Below, piece by piece: positions 40,965-52,191 of a stretch of DNA of 64,000 nucleotides (positions within the stretch are counted from its first letter, which is position 1; each line of letters starts with the position of its first letter). Position numbers and translations under genes: made by a program. The notes below the pieces were generated by a model, which did not search any database, was not told the DNA's origin, and worked only from the letters and a program-made list of their open reading frames with translations. The DNA is from Bartonella sp. HY328. GTDB taxonomy: Bacteria; Pseudomonadota; Alphaproteobacteria; Rhizobiales; Rhizobiaceae. The stretch spans positions 2,475,224-2,539,223 of the forward strand of contig NZ_CP104883.1 of assembly GCF_025449335.1 (NCBI RefSeq), given 5' to 3'.

Positions 40965-41270
40965 ATGATGAGTAATCAAGCTCCAATCATCATTATTACC
41001 TACTGCTCGCAATGTAATTGGATGTTGCGAGCCTCTTGGCTGGCTCAAGAAATTTTACAAACCTTCGGGACTGATATTGGCGAAATTATTCTGCGGCCAC
41101 GCACCGGTGGTATCTTTACTATTCACGTCAATGATAATCTTATTTGGGATCGTAAACGTGATAATGGCTTTCCCGAAGCTAAAATATTGAAGCAACTATT
41201 ACGGGATGTTGTTTGGCCCGACCGCAAGCTCGGTCATATCGATGGCCACACCGCACCAAAAGCCGATTAA
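40965..41270 (+). CDS. SelT/SelW/Rdx family thioredoxin-like protein (Cys-containing CxxC form).
   Basis: About 100 aa with CSQC near the N-terminus in the Rdx-fold position. Confidence 0.55.
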   Translation: MMSNQAPIIIITYCSQCNWMLRASWLAQEILQTFGTDIGEIILRPRTGGIFTIHVNDNLIWDRKRDNGFPEAKILKQLLRDVVWPDRKLGHIDGHTAPKAD

Positions 41271-41786
41271 CATTTTATCGGCTTTGCTGATGATTTTATG
41301 TGGTTCATAATTTTACGCAATATTCTATTGGTAAAATTTCCTAAAGCTTTAATTGCATAGTCAAAAATAAGCTTTTCAACTCGTAGTTTCAGCGCCTTAC
41401 CAAAATTTTCTTCATATTTACAATAAGAACAATAAATTAAGATTACAATCGAGGCGAGATTAATAGTGTTTGTCATACAAACTGCAAGACAGTATCACAA
41501 AACTGTCCAAATAGCTTTTAAGCCACACATTCCAGCGCCAAAACTATCTTATTTAAAAACTCTCTTCCAAGCGCGCAGCTTTCCTTAAACTTCTCAATTT
41601 ACCTATAGACCAAAAAAACATTAAGCTTTTTAAACCGCAATAAAAAACCTATAAACCAATTAGGTTCATAGGTTTTTTCAATCAAAGAATTTTGCAACAC
41701 AATAAATATACTAAGAACTGCTACAACAAATTTTTACTGGAGTTCATCAGTTTATTTACTAAGCCTAAAATTTGTGAGAGCTGAAT

Positions 41787-42218
41787 TTACTGGCGCTGAA
41801 TAGGACGCACACGTACAATCAAATCAACATTGACGACTTCCATACCCTCAGGTGGAGTTGGCAAATTGGTAATAACTGGTTGCCCCTGTGGCCCCTCAGG
41901 AATATCAATAACCCGTGCTTCATTTTCAAGATAAAAATGATGGTGGTCTGAAATATTTGTATCAAACCACGTCTTTGAGCCTTCAACAGCAATAATGCGT
42001 AAAAGACCAGCTTCAGTAAATTGATGCAAAGTATTATAAACGGTGGCAAGTGAAATTGGCACGGCAGCAGTTACTGCTTCTTCATGCAATTCTTCAGCGG
42101 CTATATGACGATGACCTTTAGCAAAAATCATTTTTGCAAGTGCTAGGCGTTGTTTGGTTGGCCGTAAGCCACTTGCCCGCAATCTGTCTTCAAGTCCATA
42201 AATAGGTTCAATATACAT
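41787..42218 (-). CDS. irr: Fur-family iron response regulator Irr.
   Basis: 143 aa Fur fold with the HHH motif (DHHHFYLE). It is divergent from fabA, as in Brucella and Bartonella. Confidence 0.8.
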   Translation of the reverse strand: MYIEPIYGLEDRLRASGLRPTKQRLALAKMIFAKGHRHIAAEELHEEAVTAAVPISLATVYNTLHQFTEAGLLRIIAVEGSKTWFDTNISDHHHFYLENEARVIDIPEGPQGQPVITNLPTPPEGMEVVNVDLIVRVRPIQRQ

Positions 42219-42655
42219 CGGCTTATCTCAAAATCCCAAGTTTAACCCAAATTCTTAATTTTTGCAAAACTTATCAAATGTTTATAAAAACTACGCAGTT
42301 TCAAACAATTTTATAAGCCTACTCTAAAACTCAGATTAGACGCTTCCATCAGGTTTCCCTGTCCGTATTATCATTAATAAGCCTAAAAACATGCGCAATC
42401 AACCGCTTTCGTAAACTTTGCCAATAAAACTTGTCAAAAAAGGTATAGTTTTAATTCAGCTTGTGGATAAACTATTCCCAAAAATAGATATAGCCAGCAA
42501 AAAAAGCTAATAAACCATTGTGACTTGTCAAAAATACGCCCTTTTTAGCGCTATTTTGATTTTACTTGCAGTGGTTGTCTGTGTTAGGAGAGTGCAAACG
42601 TTAAAAGGCAGCAACCTTAATATCATATATATCTGCCTTGATAAATGGAGATAAC

Positions 42656-43168
42656 ATGGCTGAGCAAAAGTCTAGCTATACATTTGAAGAATTGCTTTCC
42701 TGCGCCCGTGGGGAAATGTTTGGTGAAGGAAACGCACAGCTTCCTGCCCCGCCAATGTTGATGTTTGACAGAATCACCGCGATCTCGGATCAAGGCGGCG
42801 ATTTTGGTAAAGGCATGATTCGCGCAAAATTAGACATTAAGCCAGATTTATGGTTTTTCCCTTGCCATTTTATTGGCGATCCCGTTATGCCGGGCTGTCT
42901 TGGTCTTGATGCTTTGTGGCAGCTTACCGGATTTTTCCTCGGCTGGCTTGGCGAACCCGGCAAGGGCCGCGCCATTTCAACTGGTGAAGTTAAATTTACC
43001 GGCATGGTAACACCACAAACCAAGCTCGTTGAATATGGCATAGATTTCAAACGCGTATTACGTGGTCGCCTTGTGCTTGGCATTGCTGATGGCTGGGTCA
43101 AGGCTGATGGTGAAATTATCTATCGCGCCAGTGATTTACGCGTTGGGCTATTTAAATCAAAAGAATAG
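42656..43168 (+). CDS. fabA: 3-hydroxydecanoyl-ACP dehydratase/isomerase.
   Basis: FabA hot-dog fold with active-site region [23 protein letters not shown] at 42656 is preceded by GGAGA. Confidence 0.85.
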   Translation: MAEQKSSYTFEELLSCARGEMFGEGNAQLPAPPMLMFDRITAISDQGGDFGKGMIRAKLDIKPDLWFFPCHFIGDPVMPGCLGLDALWQLTGFFLGWLGEPGKGRAISTGEVKFTGMVTPQTKLVEYGIDFKRVLRGRLVLGIADGWVKADGEIIYRASDLRVGLFKSKE

Positions 43169-43475
43169 CATTATCAACAATCTGCTTTGGTTCGTTGCAC
43201 TTTAGATTATATTAATAATCACGGCTTTATGGTCGTGATTGTTAGGATTATTGCAATTTAACCAAAATTTGATTTATTTACGAATATGTCTTAATTTTCA
43301 TGTTGGCTTAAATACAGATTGAAAGTTTGCATAATCAGCAAAGACTTTGTGTGCTTTTGATGTATAAACACTAACATGTCTTTAATAGGACATATTGCAC
43401 CCTATTTAATGGGTGCAAATAGAATTACAGGGATGACCACGTGAGTATTGTCCCGTTCTACCCAAGGAGAAATTG

Positions 43476-44696
43476 ATGCGTCGAGTTGTTGTAACCGGCA
43501 TGGGAATTGTTTCGTCAATCGGAAATAACCCTGACGAAGTGCTTGCTTCCTTAAAAGAAGCAAAATCGGGCATCTCATTTTCGCAAGAATATGCGGATCT
43601 AGGATTTAGGGCGCAAGCCTTCGGTATGCCCACAGTTGACATTGAAGCATTGGTCGATAGACGTGCCATGCGTTTTCATGGTCGTGGCACTGCATGGAAC
43701 CACATCGCTATGGATCAAGCCATTGCTGATGCAGGCTTGAACCCGAACGAAGTATCAAACGAGCGCACTGGCATTATTATGGGCTCTGGTGGTCCTTCCA
43801 CTCGTGCAATTGTGGATTCAGCTGATATTGCGCGCGAAAAAGGCCCCAAACGCGTAGGCCCCTTTGCTGTTCCAAAAGCCATGAGCTCAACCGCTTCAGC
43901 AACACTTGCTACTTTTTTTAAAATAAAAGGCGTTAATTATAGTATTTCATCAGCTTGTGCGACATCAAACCATTGTATCGGCAATGCTTTTGAAACCATT
44001 CAATATGGTAAGCAAGACCGTGTTTTTGCTGGTGGCTGTGAAGATTTAGATTGGACGCTGTCGGTATTATTTGACGCCATGGGTGCGATGTCATCAAAAT
44101 ATAATGATACACCATCACGTGCGTCGCGCTCTTATGATGCTAATCGTGACGGTTTTGTCATTGCTGGCGGTGCTGGCGTGTTGGTTCTTGAAGAACTTGA
44201 AATTGCTAAGGCTCGCGGCGCAAAAATTTATGGCGAAATCATCGGCTATGGCGCAACTTCTGACGGTCATGACATGGTAGCTCCATCGGGTGAAGGCGCT
44301 GAGCGTTGCATGCGTATGGCTCTTGCCAATGTCAACAATCCAATTGACTATATCAACCCACATGCAACCTCAACACCGGTTGGTGATCCACCAGAAATTG
44401 AAGCTATTCGCCGCGTTTTTGGCGGCGCTGATAAAAGCCCGCCAATTTCAGCAACCAAATCCTTAACCGGCCACTCACTTGGTGCAGCTGGTGTACAAGA
44501 AGCTATTTACACATTGCTGATGATGCAAAATAACTTTATCTGCGAAAGCGCCCATATTGATGAGCTTGACCCACAATTTGCTGATATGCCAATTGTGCGC
44601 CAACGTCGCGATAATGTTGAACTTAATACAGTGCTATCCAACACCTTTGGCTTTGGCGGCACCAATGCATCACTGGTTTTTCAAAAATACCGCTAA
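43476..44696 (+). CDS. fabB: 3-oxoacyl-ACP synthase I.
   Basis: KAS I with active-site Cys in [16 protein letters not shown], and [11 protein letters not shown] at 43476 follows GGAGA. Confidence 0.9.
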   Translation: MRRVVVTGMGIVSSIGNNPDEVLASLKEAKSGISFSQEYADLGFRAQAFGMPTVDIEALVDRRAMRFHGRGTAWNHIAMDQAIADAGLNPNEVSNERTGIIMGSGGPSTRAIVDSADIAREKGPKRVGPFAVPKAMSSTASATLATFFKIKGVNYSISSACATSNHCIGNAFETIQYGKQDRVFAGGCEDLDWTLSVLFDAMGAMSSKYNDTPSRASRSYDANRDGFVIAGGAGVLVLEELEIAKARGAKIYGEIIGYGATSDGHDMVAPSGEGAERCMRMALANVNNPIDYINPHATSTPVGDPPEIEAIRRVFGGADKSPPISATKSLTGHSLGAAGVQEAIYTLLMMQNNFICESAHIDELDPQFADMPIVRQRRDNVELNTVLSNTFGFGGTNASLVFQKYR

Positions 44697-44808
44697 GTGC
44701 TCTTAGCGCATAATAAAGAATTTAAATTGAACAAAACGGTAAACACTAACGAGATCACTATTCAGGTACATGCGACCGGGATAAGATCCATGGTCGATGG
44801 AGAATAAA

Positions 44809-45627
44809 ATGCAGGGATTGATGAAGGGTAAGCGCGGCCTGATTATGGGTGTTGCTAATGACCATTCCATCGCCTGGGGGATTGCTTGCGCACTTGCTGA
44901 TGCGGGTGCTGAATTGGCCTTTACCTATCAAGGTGATGCTTTTGGTAAACGGGTAAAACCGCTTGCTAAAAAGCTAGAATCAAAATTATTACTGCCCTGT
45001 GATGTTGAAGATATTGCATCGGTTGATGCAGTATTTGAAACTTTAGAAAAGGAATGGGGAACCATTGACTTTATCGTTCATGCCATTGGCTTTTCCGATA
45101 AATCACAGCTAAAGGGGCGCTATGTCGATGTGACAACGCGTGAAAACTTTAGCCGCACTATGGTTATCTCGGCGTTTTCCTTTACAGAAGTTGTACAGCG
45201 CGCGCAAAAATTAATGCCTAATGGTGGCTCTATAATAACGCTTACCTATGGTGCATCACAACGCGTCGTGCCAAATTACAATGTTATGGGTGTTGCTAAA
45301 GCAGCACTTGAAACAATGGTGCGCTATTGTGCGGCTGATTGCGGCCCACAAAATATCCGCGTTAACGCAATTTCCGCTGGTCCTGTACGCACATTGGCAG
45401 GTAATGGAATTGGTGCAGCACGCGCCATTTTCTCCTATCAACGCCGCAATGCGCCACTGCGCAGAACCGTATCAATTGATGAAATTGGCCAATCCGCCCT
45501 TTATTTATTGTCGGATATGTCAAGTGGTGTAACCGGTGAAATCCATTATGTCGATTCTGGTTATAATATTTTATCTACACCATCCTTGGAAGAATTGACC
45601 CAAAGTGAAGAAGCTCTGGGCGAATAG
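44809..45627 (+). CDS. fabI: Enoyl-ACP reductase (NADH).
   Basis: KGKRGLIMGVAN Rossmann motif and SDR family features. An alternative start lies at 44797. Confidence 0.85.
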   Translation: MQGLMKGKRGLIMGVANDHSIAWGIACALADAGAELAFTYQGDAFGKRVKPLAKKLESKLLLPCDVEDIASVDAVFETLEKEWGTIDFIVHAIGFSDKSQLKGRYVDVTTRENFSRTMVISAFSFTEVVQRAQKLMPNGGSIITLTYGASQRVVPNYNVMGVAKAALETMVRYCAADCGPQNIRVNAISAGPVRTLAGNGIGAARAIFSYQRRNAPLRRTVSIDEIGQSALYLLSDMSSGVTGEIHYVDSGYNILSTPSLEELTQSEEALGE

Positions 45628-45660
45628 TATCACATAAATTCGCATAAATTTTTATGAAGA

Positions 45661-45689
45661 GGAAAGGCTATAAAACCTTTCCTTTTTTT
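45661..45689 (+). terminator. Rho-independent terminator after fabI (ggaaagg-loop-cctttcc followed by T7).
   Basis: Stem and T-run read directly from the sequence. Confidence 0.7.
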
Positions 45690-45957
45690 ATGCCTAAATA
45701 GCTGATGCAAGATGCTATTCTATTATATTTGTTTAATACCCTACTGCGACTTTTCGCGCGATAAATTATAATGATTCAAACTTGGCGCAAAGGAACCAGC
45801 GTGCTAAGAAAAATATTATAAAAATAGGTCGGTAATTTTGGGTTTTTGACATAGAACTTTACCCATATTAAAAGACCTTAAATGTAATTGAAATTATGAC
45901 GATCATAACTTTAATAAAGACAATTATAATTGGATTAGCATTCGCTATAGACCCTAT

Positions 45958-46506
45958 ATGAGCAAGCAGACGAGACGCGATTTTTTGTTTTTAGCAACTG
46001 GTGTTGCAGGTAGTATTGGTGTTGCCGCCATTGGTTGGCCATTTATTGACCAAATGCGACCTGATGAAGCAACCCTTGCAGCTGGCTCGATAGAAGTGGA
46101 TATATCGGGCATTGAAGAAGGCATGTCAATTATTGTTAAATGGCGCGGTCAGCCAGTGGTTATCCGCAATCGCACCCCAAAAGAAATCAAAGAATCGCAA
46201 GAAACACCGCTTGATGCCTTGAAAGATCAAAATGCCCGCAATAATAATATTGAAGCAAGCGCAACCGCAACAGATATAAACCGTAGTGCTGGTGAAGGGC
46301 GACAAAACTGGATAATTATGGTGGATTTATGTACCCATCTTGGCTGTGTGCCGCTTGGTCAATCTGGGCGTTATGGCGGATGGTTCTGCCCTTGCCATGG
46401 TTCAAGCTATGACACAGCAGGACGGGTGCGCAATGGTCCAGCCAATAAAAATCTTGCTATCCCAACTTATGAGTTTATTTCTGATACCATTGTGCGGATT
46501 GGTTAG
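45958..46506 (+). CDS. petA: Ubiquinol-cytochrome c reductase Rieske iron-sulfur subunit.
   Basis: Tat-like RRDFLF signal anchor. Rieske boxes CTHLGC and CPCHGS. Confidence 0.85.
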   Translation: MSKQTRRDFLFLATGVAGSIGVAAIGWPFIDQMRPDEATLAAGSIEVDISGIEEGMSIIVKWRGQPVVIRNRTPKEIKESQETPLDALKDQNARNNNIEASATATDINRSAGEGRQNWIIMVDLCTHLGCVPLGQSGRYGGWFCPCHGSSYDTAGRVRNGPANKNLAIPTYEFISDTIVRIG

Positions 46507-46509
46507 GCT

Positions 46510-47772
46510 ATGAAAAAATCAAGCTATACCCCCAAAACCAAATTAGGCTGTTTTTTAGATGAACGCTTGCCAATAATGCGCATGATGCATGATCTGGCCG
46601 TCTCTTTTCCTGTACCACGCAATTTAAATTATTTTTATACCTTTGGCGGCATTTTAAGCCTAATGCTCGTTTCGCAAATATTAACCGGCATTGTGATGGC
46701 CATGCATTATGTGCCAGATGTGGCTATTGCCTTTGAATCGCGTGAGCGTTTCATGCGTGATGGGCAATTTGGTTGGCTATTTGGCCCTTGGCATGGGGTT
46801 GGCGCATCATTTTTCTTTATCGCCGCCTATATTCATCTTGCTCGCGGTCTTTATTACGGTTCGCATAAGCGGCCGCGTGAAATTGTTTGGATTTTGGGCG
46901 TGCTCATCTATTTTGTGATGATGGCAACTGCCTTTCTTGGCTATGTGCTGGTTTGGGGCCAAATGTCGGTTTCAGCTGCAAGCGTTATCACCAATTTTTT
47001 CAAAGCAATACCTTTTATTGGTGATTGGCTTTATGAAACCATTTTGGGCGGCTATAGTCTTGGGCAACCAACATTAAACCGTTTTTATGCTTTGCATTAT
47101 CTTTTTCCGTTTATTTTGCTTTTATTAGTCGGTCTCCATGTTTGGGCTATCCATGTTGTTGGGCAAAATAACCCGACGGGTGTTGAGGTTCAAAAACCTG
47201 ATGAAACCGTGCCTTTTACCCCCTTTGCAATGATAAAAGATATTTTTGCGATTAGCGTATTTTTAATATTTTTTGCATGGTTTCTTTTTTATATGCCAGA
47301 TTATCTTGGCCACCCTGATAATTTTATTGAAGCCGATCCGCTTAAAAGCTCGCCACACATTCAGCCTGAATGGTATTTTTTGCCCTTTTATGCTATGCTA
47401 CGTGCCATAACCTTTGACTTTGGCCCAATAAACTCAACTCTTGGCGGCGTTTTAGTGTTATTTGGTTCAGTCGGTGTGTTAATTTTTGTGCCATGGCTTG
47501 ATCGCTCTAAAATACGCTCTTGTCGCTATCGCCCTCTTTTCAAATTATTTTTTTGGCTGTTTATAGCTGATGTCATTATGCTGGGCTGGCTTGGCACACG
47601 GTCTGTTGAAGATGTTTATATTTTATGGGCGCAAATTGGTACTGCCTATTATTTTGTTTTCTTTTTAGTCATCATGCCATTTTTGCCGCGTTTTGAAAAA
47701 ACTTTGCCGCTTCCAGCCTCTATCACGGCTGATCTTGCTGCGCGTAAAGAACGGGGTAAAAGCCTATGGTAA
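46510..47772 (+). CDS. petB: Cytochrome b.
   Basis: 420 aa polytopic protein with the heme-ligand histidine pattern of cytochrome b. Confidence 0.9.
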   Translation: MKKSSYTPKTKLGCFLDERLPIMRMMHDLAVSFPVPRNLNYFYTFGGILSLMLVSQILTGIVMAMHYVPDVAIAFESRERFMRDGQFGWLFGPWHGVGASFFFIAAYIHLARGLYYGSHKRPREIVWILGVLIYFVMMATAFLGYVLVWGQMSVSAASVITNFFKAIPFIGDWLYETILGGYSLGQPTLNRFYALHYLFPFILLLLVGLHVWAIHVVGQNNPTGVEVQKPDETVPFTPFAMIKDIFAISVFLIFFAWFLFYMPDYLGHPDNFIEADPLKSSPHIQPEWYFLPFYAMLRAITFDFGPINSTLGGVLVLFGSVGVLIFVPWLDRSKIRSCRYRPLFKLFFWLFIADVIMLGWLGTRSVEDVYILWAQIGTAYYFVFFLVIMPFLPRFEKTLPLPASITADLAARKERGKSLW

Positions 47773-48623
47773 AGCTATCAATCAAGAAAATTATTGGCCT
47801 TGCCGTTGCTATTATTGGCGTATCTCTCAATGCAGCCATAAGTTACAGTGCAGATAATGAGGCTGTCCCCCACTATCCGATAGAGCAACCAGCAAAACAA
47901 GAATGGAGCTTTTCCGGTCCTTTTGGTGTTTATGACAAAAATCAATTACAACGCGGCTTTAAGGTCTATCAAGAAGTTTGCTCGGTTTGCCATTCTTTAA
48001 AATTTGTGTCTTTCCGACATTTAAAAGGCATTGGTCTTAGTGACGAACAAATTAAAGCCTTAGCAGCAGGCTATGAAGTACCTAGCGAACCCAATGAGGA
48101 AGGCGAGATTAAAATGCGCCCTGCCCAACCGGTTGATTATTTTCCCAAACCATTTGCCAATGACAAGCTAGCTGCTTTTGCCAATAATGGAGCAGTACCG
48201 GCTGATTTATCGTTAATCGCACGGGCAAGAGCTGTGCCGGCCCCCTTCCCCGGCTTTATTGGCGATGTGTTCACCAATTACACCTCCGCCGGCCCTGATT
48301 ATATTTATGCGCTTCTTACTGGCTATAGCGATGCACCTAGCGGCCATGAGATTACTGAGGGCACCTATTACAACCCTTATTTTAATGCAAGTGATGCAAT
48401 CGCCATGTCGCAACCACTTTATGATGATAGTGTTGTTTATGAAGATGGCACCCCACAAACTCTTGATCAATATGCCAAGGATGTTTCAGCCTTTTTAATG
48501 TGGACATCTGACCCACATATGGAACAACGAAAGAAAACAGGCTTTCGCGTTATTGTTTTTTTAATCATGTTTGCTGGACTTGCCTATTATAGCAAAAGAC
48601 GTATTTGGGCTGAGAAAAAATAG
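47766..48623 (+). CDS. petC: Cytochrome c1.
   Basis: CSVCH heme-binding motif and a C-terminal membrane anchor. It overlaps petB by 7 nt. Confidence 0.85.
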   Translation: MVKLSIKKIIGLAVAIIGVSLNAAISYSADNEAVPHYPIEQPAKQEWSFSGPFGVYDKNQLQRGFKVYQEVCSVCHSLKFVSFRHLKGIGLSDEQIKALAAGYEVPSEPNEEGEIKMRPAQPVDYFPKPFANDKLAAFANNGAVPADLSLIARARAVPAPFPGFIGDVFTNYTSAGPDYIYALLTGYSDAPSGHEITEGTYYNPYFNASDAIAMSQPLYDDSVVYEDGTPQTLDQYAKDVSAFLMWTSDPHMEQRKKTGFRVIVFLIMFAGLAYYSKRRIWAEKK

Positions 48624-48749
48624 CAGTTTGTTTCCATTGAATTGCACATTTACTGTTGGTCTTGCTAAAATTGAGAACTATGCTTTAATTGATAAATTGA
48701 GTTCATAAATAAACATATATAGAATTTTAGTTTTAAAGGTCGGATAAAC

Positions 48750-49319
48750 GTGAGCGATCATCCTTTTGATTTAAATAATGCCAATTTGACTGAAGTTTTG
48801 CGCCCTTCTATTCGCGCAATTAGAGACTATCCAAAGCCCGGGGTTGTCTTTCGTGATATTACTACCCTTTTAGGCGATGCTCGTGCTTATCGTCTTGCTA
48901 TGGATGCAATGGTTTATCCTTTCGTTGGCACTAAAATTGACAAGGTTGTCGGCATTGAAGCACGCGGCTTTATTCTTGGCGGCGCCATGGCTTACCAATT
49001 ATCAGCTGGTTTTGTACCTATCCGCAAAAAAGGCAAACTACCCTATAATAAAGTTCACATCGCCTATAGTCTTGAATATGGTGTTGATGAAATGGAAATG
49101 CACCGCGATGCGATACGCGCTGGTGAAAAAGTCGTTTTGGTTGATGATTTAATCGCCACTGGCGGCACAGCCGTTGCGGCAGTGCATTTACTGCACCAAT
49201 TAGAGGCGGAAGTGGTAGCAGCCTGTTTTGTTATTGATTTACCAGAACTTGGCGGCGCAGAAAAACTGCGCAATCTTGGTGTTGATGTCTGCACCTTGAT
49301 GAGCTTTGATGACGCATAA
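48750..49319 (+). CDS. apt: Adenine phosphoribosyltransferase.
   Basis: PRPP-binding motif [16 protein letters not shown] start. Confidence 0.85.
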   Translation: MSDHPFDLNNANLTEVLRPSIRAIRDYPKPGVVFRDITTLLGDARAYRLAMDAMVYPFVGTKIDKVVGIEARGFILGGAMAYQLSAGFVPIRKKGKLPYNKVHIAYSLEYGVDEMEMHRDAIRAGEKVVLVDDLIATGGTAVAAVHLLHQLEAEVVAACFVIDLPELGGAEKLRNLGVDVCTLMSFDDA

Positions 49320-49524
49320 GGCTTAAGGAAAATTTTTATATGTTTATCAAAGGCGTGATTGTAGCTTTTAACCGCATCATTGATAATTCACATATAATTA
49401 GGGCAACAAAGGTAATAGCTCCTTTATTGCCACTTTTTATTACTAATCAGACGTTATTCACCCTAATTTCATAAAATGTAAAATGATAGGTTTTAGACAA
49501 CATTTCTATTTCGATTTTACACTT

Positions 49525-50805
49525 TTATTGATTAGTTATTTTGTTTAAGGCTAATACAAATTGGTCTATCTCACTATTTGTAGTATAAAGTGCAGGTGCA
49601 ACGCGGATACAATCCCCCTTAGCAACACCGCCGCGCCGCACGGTTAAAACTGAAAATTCATCCCGCAATTGCTTAACAATTGCATTATTGTCTTCTTTGG
49701 ATGTTTTTCCTTTGATGCGAAACGCAGTAATACCACCATAGAGGCGCGGATCATTGGGGGTTAAGATTTCTATCAATGTATTTCCCTGTAAGGCATTGAC
49801 CCAGCGATTTCGCATCTTTTGCAAATGCGCTTGCTTTTTTGCGACACCAATTTTTTTATGAAGATCAATAGCTGTCGGTACAGTTAATATAGTCGCAAAA
49901 TTCAGCGTGCCAGTGTGAATACGTGATCTGATATTTTCACTTGGCCAATCACCATCGGCAAGGTGAGTATCAATTGCATCTAATCGTGAGCGACGTATAT
50001 AGAAAAATCCAACCCCAACTGGGCTACCAATCCATTTATGTAAATTACAGCCAACAAAATCAGCACCAAGATCATCAATATTAAAATCTAGTTGTCCCCA
50101 TGAGTGAGCAGCATCAACAATGACATCAACATTTTTTGCCCTAGCCATCTCAACAATTTCTCGAACTGGCATAACAAGACCAGTACGATGAGATAAATGG
50201 GTTAATAGTAATAGCTTTGCCTTAGGGCTATTTTCCAAAATATTTCTATAGGTATCAAGAATTAAATCATAACTTGCAGGTTCTGGAATAGCGAAACGCT
50301 TAACGCTAACACCGCGCCTTTGTTGAAGCCAGTTAAAAGCGTATTGCATAGAGTCATAATCAAGATCGCTATAAAGTACTTCGTCGCCTGGCTCTAACTT
50401 ATTATAGCCTGAAATTAAAATTTGCAGCGCCTCGGTTGCGCCGCGAGTAAAAGCAATTTCATCATCGCCAACCCCAGCCAATTCCGCTACCGATTGTAAT
50501 GATGCTTTCATATCCGCGCCAAAACTTGAGCGAGCATAAATTGTATTTTGAAAATTAACGCGTTTTGTTTCTTCAATATAGCGTTCAAGCACTGGCTTTG
50601 CCATAATGCCCCAATAGGCATTTTCCAAATTGGCAAGTGAACGATCTACATCATAAAGATCAACCCAATTTTGTGCTGAAGAAGAACTACTAACTTCGGG
50701 AATATTTGGCTTATTTTGTGCAAAACTTACCTTTGAAACAAGGCTACTTGCTAAAGTTGAACCAAGAACTGATCCAATTAAAAATTGCCGTCTTTTTAAT
50801 GTCAT
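49525..50805 (-). CDS. Class V aminotransferase-fold PLP-dependent enzyme with a twin-arginine (Tat) signal peptide.
   Basis: MTLKRRQFLIGSVLGSTLASSLVSKVSFA signal. PLP-lysine region HKWIGSPVGVGFF of the class V fold. The ORF track begins 17 codons further upstream. Confidence 0.6.
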   Translation of the reverse strand: MTLKRRQFLIGSVLGSTLASSLVSKVSFAQNKPNIPEVSSSSSAQNWVDLYDVDRSLANLENAYWGIMAKPVLERYIEETKRVNFQNTIYARSSFGADMKASLQSVAELAGVGDDEIAFTRGATEALQILISGYNKLEPGDEVLYSDLDYDSMQYAFNWLQQRRGVSVKRFAIPEPASYDLILDTYRNILENSPKAKLLLLTHLSHRTGLVMPVREIVEMARAKNVDVIVDAAHSWGQLDFNIDDLGADFVGCNLHKWIGSPVGVGFFYIRRSRLDAIDTHLADGDWPSENIRSRIHTGTLNFATILTVPTAIDLHKKIGVAKKQAHLQKMRNRWVNALQGNTLIEILTPNDPRLYGGITAFRIKGKTSKEDNNAIVKQLRDEFSVLTVRRGGVAKGDCIRVAPALYTTNSEIDQFVLALNKITNQ

Positions 50806-50983
50806 TGCTGCCTCTTTATCTTGCATATTTAAGCCAGCTGCAATGAAAAGATGCAAAAGGCTTAGTACTATTTGATAAAAGGCAGTGCCATTGTTTTATG
50901 TCATTGGCATTAAAGACATATGACCTTTATTTGACAATGCAACACGCCCTTGATTTCATCAAAGGCGTGTTGTCTAAATAGAT

Positions 50984-52087
50984 TTAAGTATTATGGCGGA
51001 ACAGCATGACATCGCCGTCCTGCACCACATATTCCTTACCTTCATCACGCGCTTTACCAGCTTCTTTTGCTGGTACTTCACCACCAAGGGTTACATAATC
51101 ATTAAAGGCAATGGTTTGCGCACGAATGAAGCCGCGTTCAAAATCACTATGAATAACACCTGCTGCTTGCGGTGCTTTGGTACCGCGTTTAATTGTCCAA
51201 GCACGGGTTTCTTTTGGGCCACAAGTAAAATAGGTGATAAGATCCAATAGATGATAACCAGCACGGATAAGGCGATCAAGCCCTGGCTCGGTCAATCCCA
51301 TCGCATCCAAATATTCACCAGCTTCTTCATCAGGCAATTGCGCAACTTCTGCTTCAATCGCCGCAGAAATAATCACCGATTCCGCCCCTTGCTCCTTAGC
51401 CATTTCATCAACGGCTTTCGAAAACTCATTACCCGTTCCTGCATCGCTTTCTGCAACATTGCAGACATAAAGCACTGGTTTTGAAGTTAAAAGATTAAGG
51501 CCATCAAGAATTGCGCGATCATCAGCAGCAATACCCTTCAACAGCAAGCGAACAGGTTTACCCTCTTGCAATAGCGTTAAGGCTTCCTCCATCAAAGGCA
51601 AAATAGTCAAAGATTCCTTATCCTTGCTTGCGGCCTTTTTACGGGTTGCAACCACGCGGCGCTCTAAGCTTTCAAGATCTGAAAGCATTAGTTCAGTTTC
51701 AACCGTTGCCGCATCAGATACAGGATCTATACGCCCTTCAACATGGGTAATATCATCATCTTCAAAGCAGCGTAGCACATGAACAATCGCATCAACTTCA
51801 CGAATATTGGCAAGAAACTGGTTACCAAGACCTTCCCCCTTGGATGCACCGCGTACAAGGCCCGCAATATCTACGAAATTAATCCGAGTTGGAATGATTT
51901 CCTTTGAACCAGCAATAGCAGCAATTTGGCGCATCCGTGGATCTGGCACAGCAACTTCGCCAGTGTTTGGCTCAATGGTGCAAAAAGGATAATTGGCGGC
52001 CTGAGCCGCTGCTGTTTTGGTTAAAGCATTGAAAAGGGTTGATTTGCCAACATTTGGCAAGCCAACAATACCACATTTGAAACCCAT
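50984..52087 (-). CDS. ychF: Redox-regulated ribosome-binding ATPase YchF.
   Basis: GLPNVGKSTLFNALT P-loop and the TGS C-terminal domain. Confidence 0.9.
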   Translation of the reverse strand: MGFKCGIVGLPNVGKSTLFNALTKTAAAQAANYPFCTIEPNTGEVAVPDPRMRQIAAIAGSKEIIPTRINFVDIAGLVRGASKGEGLGNQFLANIREVDAIVHVLRCFEDDDITHVEGRIDPVSDAATVETELMLSDLESLERRVVATRKKAASKDKESLTILPLMEEALTLLQEGKPVRLLLKGIAADDRAILDGLNLLTSKPVLYVCNVAESDAGTGNEFSKAVDEMAKEQGAESVIISAAIEAEVAQLPDEEAGEYLDAMGLTEPGLDRLIRAGYHLLDLITYFTCGPKETRAWTIKRGTKAPQAAGVIHSDFERGFIRAQTIAFNDYVTLGGEVPAKEAGKARDEGKEYVVQDGDVMLFRHNT

Positions 52088-52191
52088 GGTTTGCGCTAAT
52101 CCTGTTTTTTTGAAAATTATTTCTTGCCTATAGCATATTTTTCGATTTTTACCACCAAGAAAAATTATAGCTTTTAGGTTTGAAAAAACGA

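Noticed and set aside
41267-41476. 69-aa ORF on the minus strand between the Rdx gene and irr.
   Set aside because: Low-complexity AT-rich translation with no RBS. A hairpin-plus-T-tract at about 41643-41680 suggests that the region is non-coding, or at most an sRNA.
42219-42637. Search for an Irr-box/ICE-like motif (TTTAGAA-N3-TTCTAAA) in the irr-fabA intergenic region.
   Set aside because: No convincing match was found by eye. I could not support a specific operator call there.
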